Assembly: GCA_027066595.1 (NCBI GenBank)
Contig: JAMONG010000114.1
Location: forward strand, 1-42,214
DNA length: 42,214 nt
Direction: 5' to 3'
Source of the DNA: Sulfurovum sp.
GTDB taxonomy: Bacteria; Campylobacterota; Campylobacteria; Campylobacterales; Sulfurovaceae
Under the pieces are notes generated by a model. It did no database searches, had not been told where the DNA came from, and was given only the letters and a program-made list of their open reading frames with translations. Below, in pieces: positions 28,440 through 39,085 of the stretch (position 1 is the stretch's first letter; each line of letters starts with the position of its first letter). Position numbers and translations under genes: made by a program.

Positions 28440-30742
28440 AATCTTGTTCCCATTGAAAATTCGAAAGGAGCAGTCCTATCTCCCTCTTGGTTATCAAGTG
28501 CTTTTGAAAATACCAAATTAATTGGTCCAAATGCAGATTGCCATTCAACTACAACACCTACAGAAGAACGTTTAATTTCATTAAAACTATCTTCTCCTAT
28601 CATTCCATAATCATAGAAAAAAGCCAGTCTCATTTTTGCAGCTTCTGACAGAGGAATACTCGCTTCAACAGTTACTGATGCACGTTTTTTTCCTCCTGTA
28701 CGACTGTTTAAATCATTTGGGTCTCTTAATGGAGTTAATGAAAATGGTTGATATCCTCGCAACGACCCAATACCGCCCAAGTAAAGTTTTTCTGCAATAG
28801 GAAGCTTTTCATTATCACCACTATTCATTATTGTAGCTCTTGCTTTAAAACGTAAGATAAGATCATAATCTATCAAATCTTCCATCCCGTAATACAGACC
28901 TAGTTTTGCGGATGTCTTCATGAAAGTACCATAGCCTTTCTCCTCACCACTTCCTATTGTTGTATTAAAATCATTACCAGATAAACTTGCATATTCAAAG
29001 TTTACCGCAGCTATCATACCTTCCCTAGGGATATAAAAATCATCTGTATTATCAAAAGAAAGATTGAAAAAGATTGAAGTTTTTTTATACTTATCATTAT
29101 AAAAACCAAAACGGTCAATAAAGGTCTGATTTCCATCTTGACCTATAATTTGATTATTATTTTCTTCAGATTTATTATCAACATAACCTACACCTACAGA
29201 CCCACGAAAATATCGTAAAAACTCTCTACCAAGTATTAGGGAACCTCCTAATTGATCCTGTGTAAAATTATAATATTCGTATTTTCTTTTATAAAAACTT
29301 AAACTCAAACTATATAAACTATCCCATACTCTAGGATTTGTAAAAGAGATATTGTAATTTGTTGATATACTAGAAATATCAAATCCTAAATCTGTACTAA
29401 TCCCACTTCCAAAAGTATTTTTTTCAGAATAACTAGCATTAAACATTAAACCCTCAAATGAACCATATCCTCCACCTGCTGATATAGTTCCCGTTGGTGC
29501 TTCTTTCACAGAGACTAAAAGATTAATTTTATTTTCAGAAATTCTTTGACTTTGAACATCTACTTTTTCAAAAAAACCTGTTCTGCCTAATGCATTTTTT
29601 GAATCTTTAAGATCTCTTGCATTGAATTTATCTCCAGGTGCAAGATAAATATATCTACGTATAACTCTATCTTTGGTTGTATGGTTACCAGATATAAGGA
29701 CATCATTAATAGTAACAGGGGCACCTTCTTGAACTATATAATTAAGATTAATAGTTTTAGTTTTTGCATCTTTGTGCATTTGTGGATTTACTTTTACATA
29801 AGCAAAACCATGATTACCTACCTCTTCTTCTAAGTTTTTAATATCTTTACGCATACGCTTAATATTGAAATATTTTCCTTCTTTAAGTGTGAGCATATTC
29901 TTTAAATCTTTAACTTTTAGTCCTGCTATTTTTTGTGTAATCGTAATGGTCCCTACACGGTATCGTACACCTTCTTTTATTTTATAATCTACTTCTGCCT
30001 TATATGAGCCAAAATCCACACGCATCAATGGTTTACTTACTTCTGCATCTAGGTAACCATGCTTCATATACACATTTTTTACCCTATGTGCATCATAACC
30101 TAACTGATCTATTTTTGCTTCTCCAGAATGTAAAAATGGCATCCATCCTAAAAAATCTTCCTCTTGGTTGGCAAGGTCAAATTCAAGATCGCTTTGTGAT
30201 AATTTTGATGCACCGATAAAATTCATTTTTGTGATTTTTATTTTTTCACCTTTATTTACATCAAATATAACAGATACGCTATTTTTTCCTACTTCTTGTG
30301 TCGTTACTTCTACAACTGTGTCATAATACCCTTGTGTTTCAAGACCTGCAATAAGTCTTTCTTTTGCACGTTTTACACGTCGTGTATCATAGAGGTCACC
30401 TTTTTTAAGCCCCGTACTACCTAAAAGTTTCTCTCCATCATTTCCTGTACCATACCCTTTGATTTGTATGTTCGAAATAGCCACTTTTTCTTTGAAATGA
30501 TAAATAAGTGTACCACCACGTTTATCTACCCATACATCTTTAAAATAACCCTGCTCAAAAAAGTTTTTAATAGATTGATTAATCTTATCAGCATCCATAG
30601 TATCACCCACATGAATATCTGCTATTTCAAGTGCTGCTGAAGAGGATAATTGTGCAAGACCTTCAAATTTAATGTGTGTTATTTTTTGTGCTAAAAGCAA
30701 TGATCCAAGTAAGATCCATGTCAATAGTAGTTTTTTTGTCAT
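28436..30742 (-). CDS. bamA: Outer membrane protein assembly factor BamA
   Basis: Signal peptide, POTRA repeats (GYFKDV, GNHTTKDRVIRR), GSLRGY loop and a C-terminal Phe. Confidence 0.97.
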   Translation of the reverse strand: MTKKLLLTWILLGSLLLAQKITHIKFEGLAQLSSSAALEIADIHVGDTMDADKINQSIKNFFEQGYFKDVWVDKRGGTLIYHFKEKVAISNIQIKGYGTGNDGEKLLGSTGLKKGDLYDTRRVKRAKERLIAGLETQGYYDTVVEVTTQEVGKNSVSVIFDVNKGEKIKITKMNFIGASKLSQSDLEFDLANQEEDFLGWMPFLHSGEAKIDQLGYDAHRVKNVYMKHGYLDAEVSKPLMRVDFGSYKAEVDYKIKEGVRYRVGTITITQKIAGLKVKDLKNMLTLKEGKYFNIKRMRKDIKNLEEEVGNHGFAYVKVNPQMHKDAKTKTINLNYIVQEGAPVTINDVLISGNHTTKDRVIRRYIYLAPGDKFNARDLKDSKNALGRTGFFEKVDVQSQRISENKINLLVSVKEAPTGTISAGGGYGSFEGLMFNASYSEKNTFGSGISTDLGFDISSISTNYNISFTNPRVWDSLYSLSLSFYKRKYEYYNFTQDQLGGSLILGREFLRYFRGSVGVGYVDNKSEENNNQIIGQDGNQTFIDRFGFYNDKYKKTSIFFNLSFDNTDDFYIPREGMIAAVNFEYASLSGNDFNTTIGSGEEKGYGTFMKTSAKLGLYYGMEDLIDYDLILRFKARATIMNSGDNEKLPIAEKLYLGGIGSLRGYQPFSLTPLRDPNDLNSRTGGKKRASVTVEASIPLSEAAKMRLAFFYDYGMIGEDSFNEIKRSSVGVVVEWQSAFGPINLVFSKALDNQEGDRTAPFEFSMGTRF

Positions 30743-30815
30743 TATTAAGAAGCCTTATTTATTTTTACTAGTCAATAGTTTATCTTTTTTAATATAAGAA
30801 GTTCATAAAAAATCA

Positions 30816-30824
30816 TGCTATAAT
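30816..30824 (+). promoter_or_regulatory. Extended -10 promoter of tyrA
   Basis: TGCTATAAT about 34 nt upstream of the ATG. RBS AGGAG. Confidence 0.6.
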
Positions 30825-30857
30825 TCTTCAATATTATCGGTTTTTCAGGAGTAAATA

Positions 30858-31700
30858 ATGCAGAGACAACGCATAGGTATTATCGGTCTGGGGCTCATGG
30901 GAGGATCCCTTAGCCTTGCACTTAAAAAAACTTCTAAAGATTTCTATTTTTTAGGGCTAGACCATAATGAAAGACATTGTAAAGAAGCCCTCTCTTTAGG
31001 TCTCGTCGATGAAATCGTATATAACCTTGATGAAATTAAATCTTGTGATATTATCATCCTTACTATTCCTGTTGATGGCATTATAGCTATTACACAAAAC
31101 CTACATCCCCTTAAGTCCAATTGTACTGTTATAGATTTAGGAAGTACTAAAGAAAAAATTTCACTTAATATTCCTAAAGAGATACGTCAAAATTTTGTCA
31201 CCGCACACCCTATGACAGGTACAGAAAAGTTTGGTCCAAGTGCAGCTATTCTTACACTCTATCAAAATAAAATTGTTGTGCTTTGTGATATACAAAAAAG
31301 TGGTGAGTATCAACAAAATGTTGCAAAGGAACTTTTTACGACTATTGGTATGAACTTGATTTATATGGATGCAACAGAGCATGATAGACATGCAGCATTT
31401 ATCTCGCATATGCCCCATGCAGTCTCATATGCACTTGCAAATTCAGTCATACAACAAGAAGCATCAACAAGTATTGTTGCACTTGCTGCTGGTGGATTTA
31501 AAGACATGAGCCGTATCGCTAAATCAAGCCCAGATATGTGGGAAGATATTTTTAGACAAAACAAAACAAATTTACTAGAAGCCATCTATTCATTTGAAAG
31601 TGAACTCAAGAAATGCCGTAAAATGGTGGAGAATGAAGAGTGGCATACCCTTAACCAATGGATGAAAGATGCAAATACTCTCCATGATATTTTAGATTAA
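30858..31700 (+). CDS. tyrA: Prephenate dehydrogenase
   Basis: Motifs GLGLMGGS, DLGSTK, HPMTGTE, HD...SHMPH and GGFKDMSRIA. Confidence 0.96.
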   Translation: MQRQRIGIIGLGLMGGSLSLALKKTSKDFYFLGLDHNERHCKEALSLGLVDEIVYNLDEIKSCDIIILTIPVDGIIAITQNLHPLKSNCTVIDLGSTKEKISLNIPKEIRQNFVTAHPMTGTEKFGPSAAILTLYQNKIVVLCDIQKSGEYQQNVAKELFTTIGMNLIYMDATEHDRHAAFISHMPHAVSYALANSVIQQEASTSIVALAAGGFKDMSRIAKSSPDMWEDIFRQNKTNLLEAIYSFESELKKCRKMVENEEWHTLNQWMKDANTLHDILD

Positions 31701-31708
31701 AAATTTAC

Positions 31709-33595
31709 TTATAATCGATATCTAAATGTTACAATAACCGTAGCTTTTTTGGCTATTGTTTTTAAAATAACTTCTTTTAACTCCACTTTCTCTTCTTTAC
31801 TCAAAATACCTGTACTAATAACTTCACAATGTATTTCATCTATTTTTGCACGATGAATTAACTCGATATGTGTGAGTTTTACATCATGTTCTCCTACATT
31901 AAATGCTATATTTGAAAGTTTCTTTTGTATATGTATATCTTCTGCCATCTTTGTAAAAGAAGCATAAAGTGGTATCGCGACTAGTGCCACTATGACTAGC
32001 CATATAGTTATCCCTTTTTTGGCTAAATGCAAAGGTGAATATCCAAGCATTGCAAAAGTAAATGCCCCAGCAAATACAATACCGACAAGGTTCGTAATAA
32101 AAAGTAAAAATGAAGTTAGAAACATAGACCAATCTCCCCAACCCATGCCAATACCAGCCACAGCAATAGGTGGCACCAATGCCACTGCAATCGCCACCCC
32201 AGCAAGAGATCCTAATATTTTTTCATTGCTTTTAGCATAAGCAGCAGCTGCCCCAGAAACAATGGCTACAAATAAATCTAGTATCGTAGGACTTAACCTG
32301 CCTGCCATTTCACTCGTAAGACGTTCTATTGGTATCACCATTGCTATAACTGCGGCCATCAAAAGTACAGAAAGTACACCTATTGCAATAGTCTTTGCAC
32401 CATTCATCTCTAATGCTTCATCTTGTCTCAATACTCCCATTGAAAGGCTCACAATTGGCTGCATAAGGGGTGCTAAAAGCATCGCACCAATAATCACAGA
32501 AGCAGAGTTAATAAAGAGTCCAAAAGTGGCTATCATCGTTGCGAGTACAAGTAATACCATAAAGGTTTGACTTACCCTACTCTCTTCTCTTAAATTGGTA
32601 AATAATGTGGCATACTGTTCTTTACTTGCATGTGTAAAAAAAGGTATCACTTCACTCAAATAGTTTGCACTCTCTTCATCTGAAGGGAGGTGATCTATTT
32701 TAATACTATCTTTACCATGACTTTGTACATTTTGATTCTCCCAAAATGCTTCACCTACACTTAATGCTAAAGCTTTCTCTTTCACTTCTAATTCAATTGG
32801 GGTTATCTGCTTTTTAGTAGAATCAATAAGCACTTCCATCTCTATTTTACTTTCAATAGTCACTTTAGAGCTAGATATGTACCCTACAGATTTTGGTAGA
32901 TTTTTAGGTGTATGGTATGACACCAAAGACTTAAATAAATACCCCATATATTGGATAACAGAAGTAGGTGCAAGTATGACTATAGAAAGTTTTCCATCAT
33001 TGACTGAAAGCTGAGAACGTATAAGTTTGGATGCAAAAGTATTGTTATTATATTCTAAGCCTACCAATCCTACGGCAGATAGATTAAATGTGTTCTCTTT
33101 GGCATCGGTGAGTGTAATATGCCTATGTTTAAGAGACTTTACCCGTTTTAAAGTACGCCAAAATAGTTTTACTCTATCAAAATAGCTTTTCCCCTGAAGT
33201 GTAGAGTCAAAACTATCTAAAGGAGGAGCATTCCCCACTACCACTTCTTGTAAAACAATCTCTCCATTACAGTAAAGTACATCTACTTTTTTTTCACTTA
33301 TGGTGAGTGCTTGTTTTACAGCGTCTTCTACTTTATATGTCAGTGAAAATGTCTTTATTAACTCTTTTTGATCTTTACTTGCGATGATACCCAGAGGTAT
33401 ATCACTCTGATAGGCAATACCCATCAGAAGTTTAATCTCATCTAGGCACCCAGTGACTAAAAATTGTGATGCCTTAGTGATATCTAATTCACTTATTTTA
33501 GAAAAAGGAAGGTATGCTACCTTTTCATTGTCTAAATGCGTCTTGCACTCTTGTATAAACTCTTTTTTTTCATCTGCATATATATAATAAATCAT
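31709..33595 (-). CDS. DUF389 (TIGR00341-type) membrane protein with N-terminal diacylglycerol-kinase-like domain
   Basis: C-terminal half has SVIIGAMLLAPL and GVAIAVALVPP. N-terminal half has DAGK-like 'PLGII', 'VDVLYCNG' and 'NDGKLSIVI' but no GGDG. Confidence 0.8.
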   Translation of the reverse strand: MIYYIYADEKKEFIQECKTHLDNEKVAYLPFSKISELDITKASQFLVTGCLDEIKLLMGIAYQSDIPLGIIASKDQKELIKTFSLTYKVEDAVKQALTISEKKVDVLYCNGEIVLQEVVVGNAPPLDSFDSTLQGKSYFDRVKLFWRTLKRVKSLKHRHITLTDAKENTFNLSAVGLVGLEYNNNTFASKLIRSQLSVNDGKLSIVILAPTSVIQYMGYLFKSLVSYHTPKNLPKSVGYISSSKVTIESKIEMEVLIDSTKKQITPIELEVKEKALALSVGEAFWENQNVQSHGKDSIKIDHLPSDEESANYLSEVIPFFTHASKEQYATLFTNLREESRVSQTFMVLLVLATMIATFGLFINSASVIIGAMLLAPLMQPIVSLSMGVLRQDEALEMNGAKTIAIGVLSVLLMAAVIAMVIPIERLTSEMAGRLSPTILDLFVAIVSGAAAAYAKSNEKILGSLAGVAIAVALVPPIAVAGIGMGWGDWSMFLTSFLLFITNLVGIVFAGAFTFAMLGYSPLHLAKKGITIWLVIVALVAIPLYASFTKMAEDIHIQKKLSNIAFNVGEHDVKLTHIELIHRAKIDEIHCEVISTGILSKEEKVELKEVILKTIAKKATVIVTFRYRL

Positions 33596-33613
33596 AGAGA
33601 TATTGTAGCTGTT

Positions 33614-35104
33614 TTATCTAAACCTCTCCAACATCTCTTTGAGTTCTTTTTTATCTATAACTATAGATTTATCACCATTTTTCTTCGCATAAAGTTTACG
33701 TACCATCTCTTCTACTTCCTTACTCTCCCCTATATGCCCATAAAGTATTTTTAAGGCATCACTGTCTTTATAATATTTTGCTTTACCTTTAAACAGTTTT
33801 GGTAAAAACTGGACAAAATACATAGTTAAAATACCCAATATAAATGCCAGTGCTAACATCCACCATGCAGTAGTATTTACCTCTACTTCTTTAGTTATTA
33901 TTTCAGGTTCTTTTGTTGATTCTAATTTTGAAGTAGTCAATGCATTAGCTTGCATAGCCATAGGCACTTGTTGGCTTCCCTCTACTTTGATATCATACCC
34001 TTTCACTTCTACTGACTTTTTTTCTTTAGTCTTAGGGTTGTAAACACTTAACTCTCGTGTGGGTATTATAAAATCTGCATCGGAAATAAATGCAAAACTT
34101 TTAATATAAGTACTATAGATCTGACCATCTACAATTTTTGTTTCAGTTTTAGCTTCATCACTATAGACAGTTACCCCATCTATCTGATACTCAGGAAATT
34201 CAAACCCTTCTAAGCTTCCTTTTCCCTCTATCTTTAAAGTAAAATTTACTGGTTTATTTTTTTTGACTTCTTTTTTGTCAATACTTGTATCAATAGTAAA
34301 ATCTCCTATTAAATCTGACTCTTCATCTAAAGGAATAACTTCTATTGTAAGACTATTGGACATAGTCTGCATCCATTTTGTGGCATAACTGAGACCGAAG
34401 ATGTCTCTTCTACTTCTATCGGGTAACCCTATTTTTGCCTGTGCTGGGGCTATAGTAAAGTTACCTTCTTTTTGAGGGGTGACTATATACATTATTTCTT
34501 GTATTTGGTAATTACCTTTTGTATATGTTTTTTGTTCAGAGACATTTGTTGTGATGAAGTCAGATATATTTGGAGCTGAATACTGTACATCTTGTGATAA
34601 CCTTATACCCTCTTTTAATGCAAAATATACAGTTATAATAAATGGCTCTCCCATCATTACTTTTATTTTACTAGCCTGCATTCGTAAAGAAAAAATTTCA
34701 TCACCTTGTAAACTAACATTATGAGAATTGACAACCTTTATGTCAATAGCTTGTGTATGATAATCTTTCCCCCCTATATTTATTGTATATGCTGGGATAG
34801 TCATATTTTCTTCAGGTATGAATTGTATGATTTTTGTCACACTTTGCTCACTACTCATATTTCCATTTATAATACTTAAGTTTCTACTTTTACTCGTTGA
34901 AGTTCCAACGACTGGTGTATCTCCTACCTTTTGAATGTCCGTAAAAATAGCATTATCACCAATGGCTTTAATCCGTAATGTGACAGGATTTCCTTTAACA
35001 ACTTCTATAGAATCTACCATTGCTTTTACACTCGCAGCATACACAAATCCAAAACTTAAAAATATAACTATACACAATACTCTACCAAGGTTTAACATTA
35101 TCAC
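33614..35104 (-). CDS. batD: BatD-family protein
   Basis: Signal peptide, Ig-like repeats (PQKEGNFTI), C-terminal TM helix and Bat operon context. Confidence 0.85.
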   Translation of the reverse strand: MIMLNLGRVLCIVIFLSFGFVYAASVKAMVDSIEVVKGNPVTLRIKAIGDNAIFTDIQKVGDTPVVGTSTSKSRNLSIINGNMSSEQSVTKIIQFIPEENMTIPAYTINIGGKDYHTQAIDIKVVNSHNVSLQGDEIFSLRMQASKIKVMMGEPFIITVYFALKEGIRLSQDVQYSAPNISDFITTNVSEQKTYTKGNYQIQEIMYIVTPQKEGNFTIAPAQAKIGLPDRSRRDIFGLSYATKWMQTMSNSLTIEVIPLDEESDLIGDFTIDTSIDKKEVKKNKPVNFTLKIEGKGSLEGFEFPEYQIDGVTVYSDEAKTETKIVDGQIYSTYIKSFAFISDADFIIPTRELSVYNPKTKEKKSVEVKGYDIKVEGSQQVPMAMQANALTTSKLESTKEPEIITKEVEVNTTAWWMLALAFILGILTMYFVQFLPKLFKGKAKYYKDSDALKILYGHIGESKEVEEMVRKLYAKKNGDKSIVIDKKELKEMLERFR

Positions 35105-35957
35105 TCCTTTTTACTTTTTTACCGTCACCCATTTGATACATCATAGTAGGTGTTTTTCCTTTTTGCATCTTTTTCATAAGACGTTTTAATTCTTGGGCTT
35201 GAATCTTCTCTTCTTTGCTCATTTTTTGTTTTTCTTTTGAAGAAGCGGAAGATTTATCACCTTTTTTGTCTTTAGGTTTTTTATCTTTCTGTTTACTTTC
35301 ATTTTTCTTTTTTTCACCTTTTTTTTGCTTCTCATCTTTTTTCTTATCTTGCTCTTTGTTCTCTTTGTTTTTTTCGTCTTTTTTATCTTTATTTTTCTTA
35401 TCGTCTTTCTTTTTTTGTTCTTGTTTCTTTTTGTCATCTTTCTTTTGCTTATTTTCTTTTTTCTTATCTTGGTCTTTGTTCTCTTTATTTTTTTCGTCTT
35501 TTTTATCTTTATTTTTCTTATCGTCTTTCTTTTTTTGTTCGTCTTTTTTCTTCTGCTCTTCTTTTTGCTTTTGTTTTTTTGCAAGTTCTAAATTATGTTT
35601 TGTATCTTCATCTTCTTTTATTTTAAGTGCTTTTTCATAATTCTCAATGGCTTTATCTAATTCTTTTTTTTGAAAATAACTATTGCCAATATTGTGTAGT
35701 TTTTTGGCTTCATCAATACCTTTTGCTTTTTTATATGCCTCTATTGCTTCATCATACCTTTTATTCTTATACAATGCATTACCAATGTTATACTCTTTTT
35801 GAGGACTTTTACTTTCTAAAGTATTTAAAAGTACAGCACTCTTCCCATACTCTTTAGCTTCATACGCTTTAGTTGCTTTTTCTATGGTTTTAAAATCAGT
35901 CAACCCTGCATAAAGTAAAGCATGTGTGCTTAGTAACATGAAAATTATTTTATTCAT
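35082..35957 (-). CDS. batC: TPR protein with K/D/E/Q low-complexity tail (BatC-like)
   Basis: TPRs YNIGNALYK and HNIGNSYF, HNLELA, and C-terminal KPW. Confidence 0.85.
   Translation of the reverse strand: MNKIIFMLLSTHALLYAGLTDFKTIEKATKAYEAKEYGKSAVLLNTLESKSPQKEYNIGNALYKNKRYDEAIEAYKKAKGIDEAKKLHNIGNSYFQKKELDKAIENYEKALKIKEDEDTKHNLELAKKQKQKEEQKKKDEQKKKDDKKNKDKKDEKNKENKDQDKKKENKQKKDDKKKQEQKKKDDKKNKDKKDEKNKENKEQDKKKDEKQKKGEKKKNESKQKDKKPKDKKGDKSSASSKEKQKMSKEEKIQAQELKRLMKKMQKGKTPTMMYQMGDGKKVKRSDNVKPW
35321..35540. repeat. Intragenic tandem duplication, 120-bp period
   Basis: 35341-35420 and 35461-35540 are identical apart from two substitutions. Confidence 0.9.
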
Positions 35958-36925
35958 ACTTCTCTCCTTTTAGGTAGTGAAGAAAATGCAATAAGTAAGA
36001 ACAATAAAGCAAGCCCCAAAGGATAGTAAAAATACTCCACACGCTCTTTAACTGTTACTTCACCTTGTTGCTGATTTTTATATTTATTTTTAATAATAGC
36101 GACCAACTTAGTGATGTCTTCCTTACCTGTACTCGCTATAACATAGTCACCACCATTTCTTTTTGCCACTTCACCTAAGGCATCATGACGCTGTGTTATA
36201 GCAATGGTACCTTCTTTTGTCGTTAAAGGGTTTCCATTTTCATCTATAACAGGGGCACCTTTTTGTGTACCTATAAGTACTACATAGAGGTCTATATTAT
36301 TTTCTTTTAAGATATCTTTAAAACCACTGATGGCTTCTTCATCTCCTCCATCAGAAAATAGCACAAGAATTTTTGGTGTTTTCTTCTCTAAAAGTGCTGC
36401 TACTTGTTCACCTAGTGCCAAAAAGTCTGTTGACCCCATGGAAATATAAGAATCATCTACACCCGCTACCATCATTTTAAGTGTCTCTTTGTCAGTAGTG
36501 AAAGGTGCTAAAACAAAAGGACTATAGGCAAATGCCACTACACCTATCTCATCTGCTGGCATAGCATCAAAAAGTACTTCCATTTTCTTTTTTGCAAATT
36601 CTAGACGATTTGGATACACATCTTTACTTCGCATAGAACCAGAAATATCAAAAGCAGTAAGCAAAGTAAGTCCTTGTACTTCTACTTTCTTATCCCCTTT
36701 TTCTATCACTGGGCGTGCCATAGCCACTATCATCAAAAACAGTGCTATAAACATAAGTATATTACGTACAACCATAGGCATACTCTCATCTGCAGCAGAA
36801 AGTCGTTTAAGTACTTTTTCATCAAAGACGCGAGAGAGTCTCTCTTTGTTGGTACTAATCAAAAAGGCAAAGAGTACAAAAGGCACTATCATTGCCCAAA
36901 AAAACTGAGGATTTACAAAACTCAT
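35954..36925 (-). CDS. batB: VWA-domain protein BatB
   Basis: MIDAS DISGS, MRSKDVYPNRL, LFSDG and flanking TM helices. Confidence 0.85.
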   Translation of the reverse strand: MSFVNPQFFWAMIVPFVLFAFLISTNKERLSRVFDEKVLKRLSAADESMPMVVRNILMFIALFLMIVAMARPVIEKGDKKVEVQGLTLLTAFDISGSMRSKDVYPNRLEFAKKKMEVLFDAMPADEIGVVAFAYSPFVLAPFTTDKETLKMMVAGVDDSYISMGSTDFLALGEQVAALLEKKTPKILVLFSDGGDEEAISGFKDILKENNIDLYVVLIGTQKGAPVIDENGNPLTTKEGTIAITQRHDALGEVAKRNGGDYVIASTGKEDITKLVAIIKNKYKNQQQGEVTVKERVEYFYYPLGLALLFLLIAFSSLPKRREV

Positions 36926-37843
36926 CTATATCCCCCTTGAATTTCTAAAATAAATAAACAATAACAATGACAAAATAGCTATAAACAAAGGATATGTATA
37001 CAAGTACGTATGCTGTACTACTTTTTTATCATCTATCTTTGTGGCTTCGAGTTTGTCTATTTCTTCATAGATCTTTTCTAAGGTGCTTGCATCACGTGCA
37101 CCATATGCTTCCCCATGCCCAGCATCTGCTAGTGCTTTAAGATAAGCACCATTATAGTCACGTGCATCACCTATCCCTATAGTATAAAGCTTTATATCAC
37201 GTTTGGCTATAAGGTTCTTCACATCTTCAAAAGGAATTTTAGACATATTATCTACACCATCAGTAAGCAATATGGCTATTTTAGACTTTGCCTTACTTTT
37301 TGAAAGTAAGTTATACGCCTGAACTATGGCATCATTTATCGCTGTACGTTTCCCCGCTACTCCCATTTTTTGCATACGTGTAATATCTGTTAAAAATTTC
37401 TTTTCAAATGTTAAAGGTGAAGCAATAAAAGCAATATCAGCAAAAGTTACCATGCCTATACGGTCATTTTCACGTTTTTGTATAAAGTCTCCTACCACCT
37501 CTTTGACCACATCAAATTTATTACGCCATAAATCCTGAGGATCAAACCCACGTTGACGCATAGAATCACTAGAATCCATAATCAGCACAATATCACGTCC
37601 CTCTTTTTTTGTATTTGAAAAAGATTTTGTTATGACAGGAGAAGCCAAGGCAATCACAGCTGAGAGTATACCCAGCCATTTGAGTACATCAATCCAAGAA
37701 AAAATTTGTACATTTTTTTTCATCAATACATTTACATGAGGGAAAAAAATAGCACGACTACGCTCTTTACAGAACTTAGCACACACAATGAATGCCAATA
37801 TCAATACCAACATATATGGATATTCAAAATTAAATCCGTTCAT
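36926..37843 (-). CDS. batA: VWA-domain protein BatA
   Basis: MIDAS DSSDS, DRIGMVTF, SPLT, TAINDA, LLTDG and YTIGIG. Confidence 0.88.
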   Translation of the reverse strand: MNGFNFEYPYMLVLILAFIVCAKFCKERSRAIFFPHVNVLMKKNVQIFSWIDVLKWLGILSAVIALASPVITKSFSNTKKEGRDIVLIMDSSDSMRQRGFDPQDLWRNKFDVVKEVVGDFIQKRENDRIGMVTFADIAFIASPLTFEKKFLTDITRMQKMGVAGKRTAINDAIVQAYNLLSKSKAKSKIAILLTDGVDNMSKIPFEDVKNLIAKRDIKLYTIGIGDARDYNGAYLKALADAGHGEAYGARDASTLEKIYEEIDKLEATKIDDKKVVQHTYLYTYPLFIAILSLLLFIYFRNSRGI

Positions 37844-38237
37844 CTGCTACCTGCACATATAAATTAAATTGTTTTTTTGTCTCTTCGTCTATTTTGTCTA
37901 CTTCTTTTTTATATTTATATTTTTCTAACATAGGTTCAAGCTGAGAAAATAACTCTTTTTTTCTCTCATCTGTTGCCAATAGTCTTGCATAATGTGTAGC
38001 ATCATATGCTGATTTTTTACTCTCTTTCCAGTCTATATTTTTTAATGCCTGAAGGTAGCCTTTAGCAAGATTTATCTTCCTATTTTCCCACACTCTTTTA
38101 AGTATAAAAAATATAATACCAAACACTAATAACCAAACAAAAATAATAAGTCCCCAATAGATGTAATATGAGCTATCTGGTATCTCTAACAATGGTTTGA
38201 TATCACGTAATTGTGCTGTTAAATTTTCTTCATTCAT
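37830..38237 (-). CDS. Single-TM Bat operon protein (DUF4381-like)
   Basis: LRDIKP followed by a TM helix. Position between DUF58 and batA. Confidence 0.7.
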   Translation of the reverse strand: MNEENLTAQLRDIKPLLEIPDSSYYIYWGLIIFVWLLVFGIIFFILKRVWENRKINLAKGYLQALKNIDWKESKKSAYDATHYARLLATDERKKELFSQLEPMLEKYKYKKEVDKIDEETKKQFNLYVQVADERI

Positions 38238-38247
38238 CTCTATTTCC

Positions 38248-39075
38248 TTAACGCATGGCTTTCATTAGTTTTATAGTTGGTTCTTCATGTGTATAAATTT
38301 TTGTAAAACGTACACCCTGCTTTTTAAACTGCTTATAAAGCTTTTCATCATTCTCATGGAGTGCTCTTTTATAATTTTTAAAAGTACCTGCATCAATATC
38401 ACCTTCAAAACTCTGTTTCGTTTCCATATCTATAAGCCTAAGATAACCAAGTTCACTTGGATTTTCCTCAAACTTATCTCGTACTATGACAGCAAAAACA
38501 TCATGTTTTTTAGCCAATAATTTTAAGTCTATTTCTCCCACAAAATCAGAAATGATAAAAAGTAATGCTTTCTTTTTAAGTCTGCTAATTAATGTTTCTA
38601 CCAAAGCCTTATAATTTGCCTCTTTTCCTAAAGAAATAAACTCTGTTACATCTTCTACTGCTTTATGTACCGAAAAAATCTTTTTACTTGCTTTTGAAAA
38701 ACTATACATTTTGTCTGCATAAATCATATGAGAAAATAAATCTGCATTTTTCACTGCTGAAAAACCTAAAGTGGCTACAACTTCAGCCATAATGTCAGAC
38801 TTTTGTTTCACTGTCCCAAAGTAAGTTGACCCCGAAAGCATAGAAACCACTACTACATTTAACTCACGTTCCTCTTTATAGACCTTCACAAAAGGTTTAC
38901 CTAGTTTTGCAGTGGTCTTCCAATCAATCTTACGAATGTCATCACCATACACATACTCACGAAGTTCTGCAAATTCAAATCCCTCACCTTGAAAAAGTGA
39001 AGCATTGTTTCCAAGCATATCTCCATAAACTTGTTTTTTGGTTTTTAAAATGATTTTTTTTACTTCTTTATTCAT
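38248..39075 (-). CDS. DUF58 domain protein
   Basis: Motifs GFEFAELREYVYGDDIRKIDWKTTA, EERE and ISDF. Confidence 0.93.
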   Translation of the reverse strand: MNKEVKKIILKTKKQVYGDMLGNNASLFQGEGFEFAELREYVYGDDIRKIDWKTTAKLGKPFVKVYKEERELNVVVVSMLSGSTYFGTVKQKSDIMAEVVATLGFSAVKNADLFSHMIYADKMYSFSKASKKIFSVHKAVEDVTEFISLGKEANYKALVETLISRLKKKALLFIISDFVGEIDLKLLAKKHDVFAVIVRDKFEENPSELGYLRLIDMETKQSFEGDIDAGTFKNYKRALHENDEKLYKQFKKQGVRFTKIYTHEEPTIKLMKAMR

Positions 39076-39085
39076 TTTACCTCTC

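Noticed and set aside
35215-35640. Phe/Leu-rich and Lys-rich alternative-frame ORFs in batC, and a possible CRISPR reading of the repeat
   Set aside because: By-products of low-complexity sequence. The repeat is in-frame coding DNA without spacers or cas genes.
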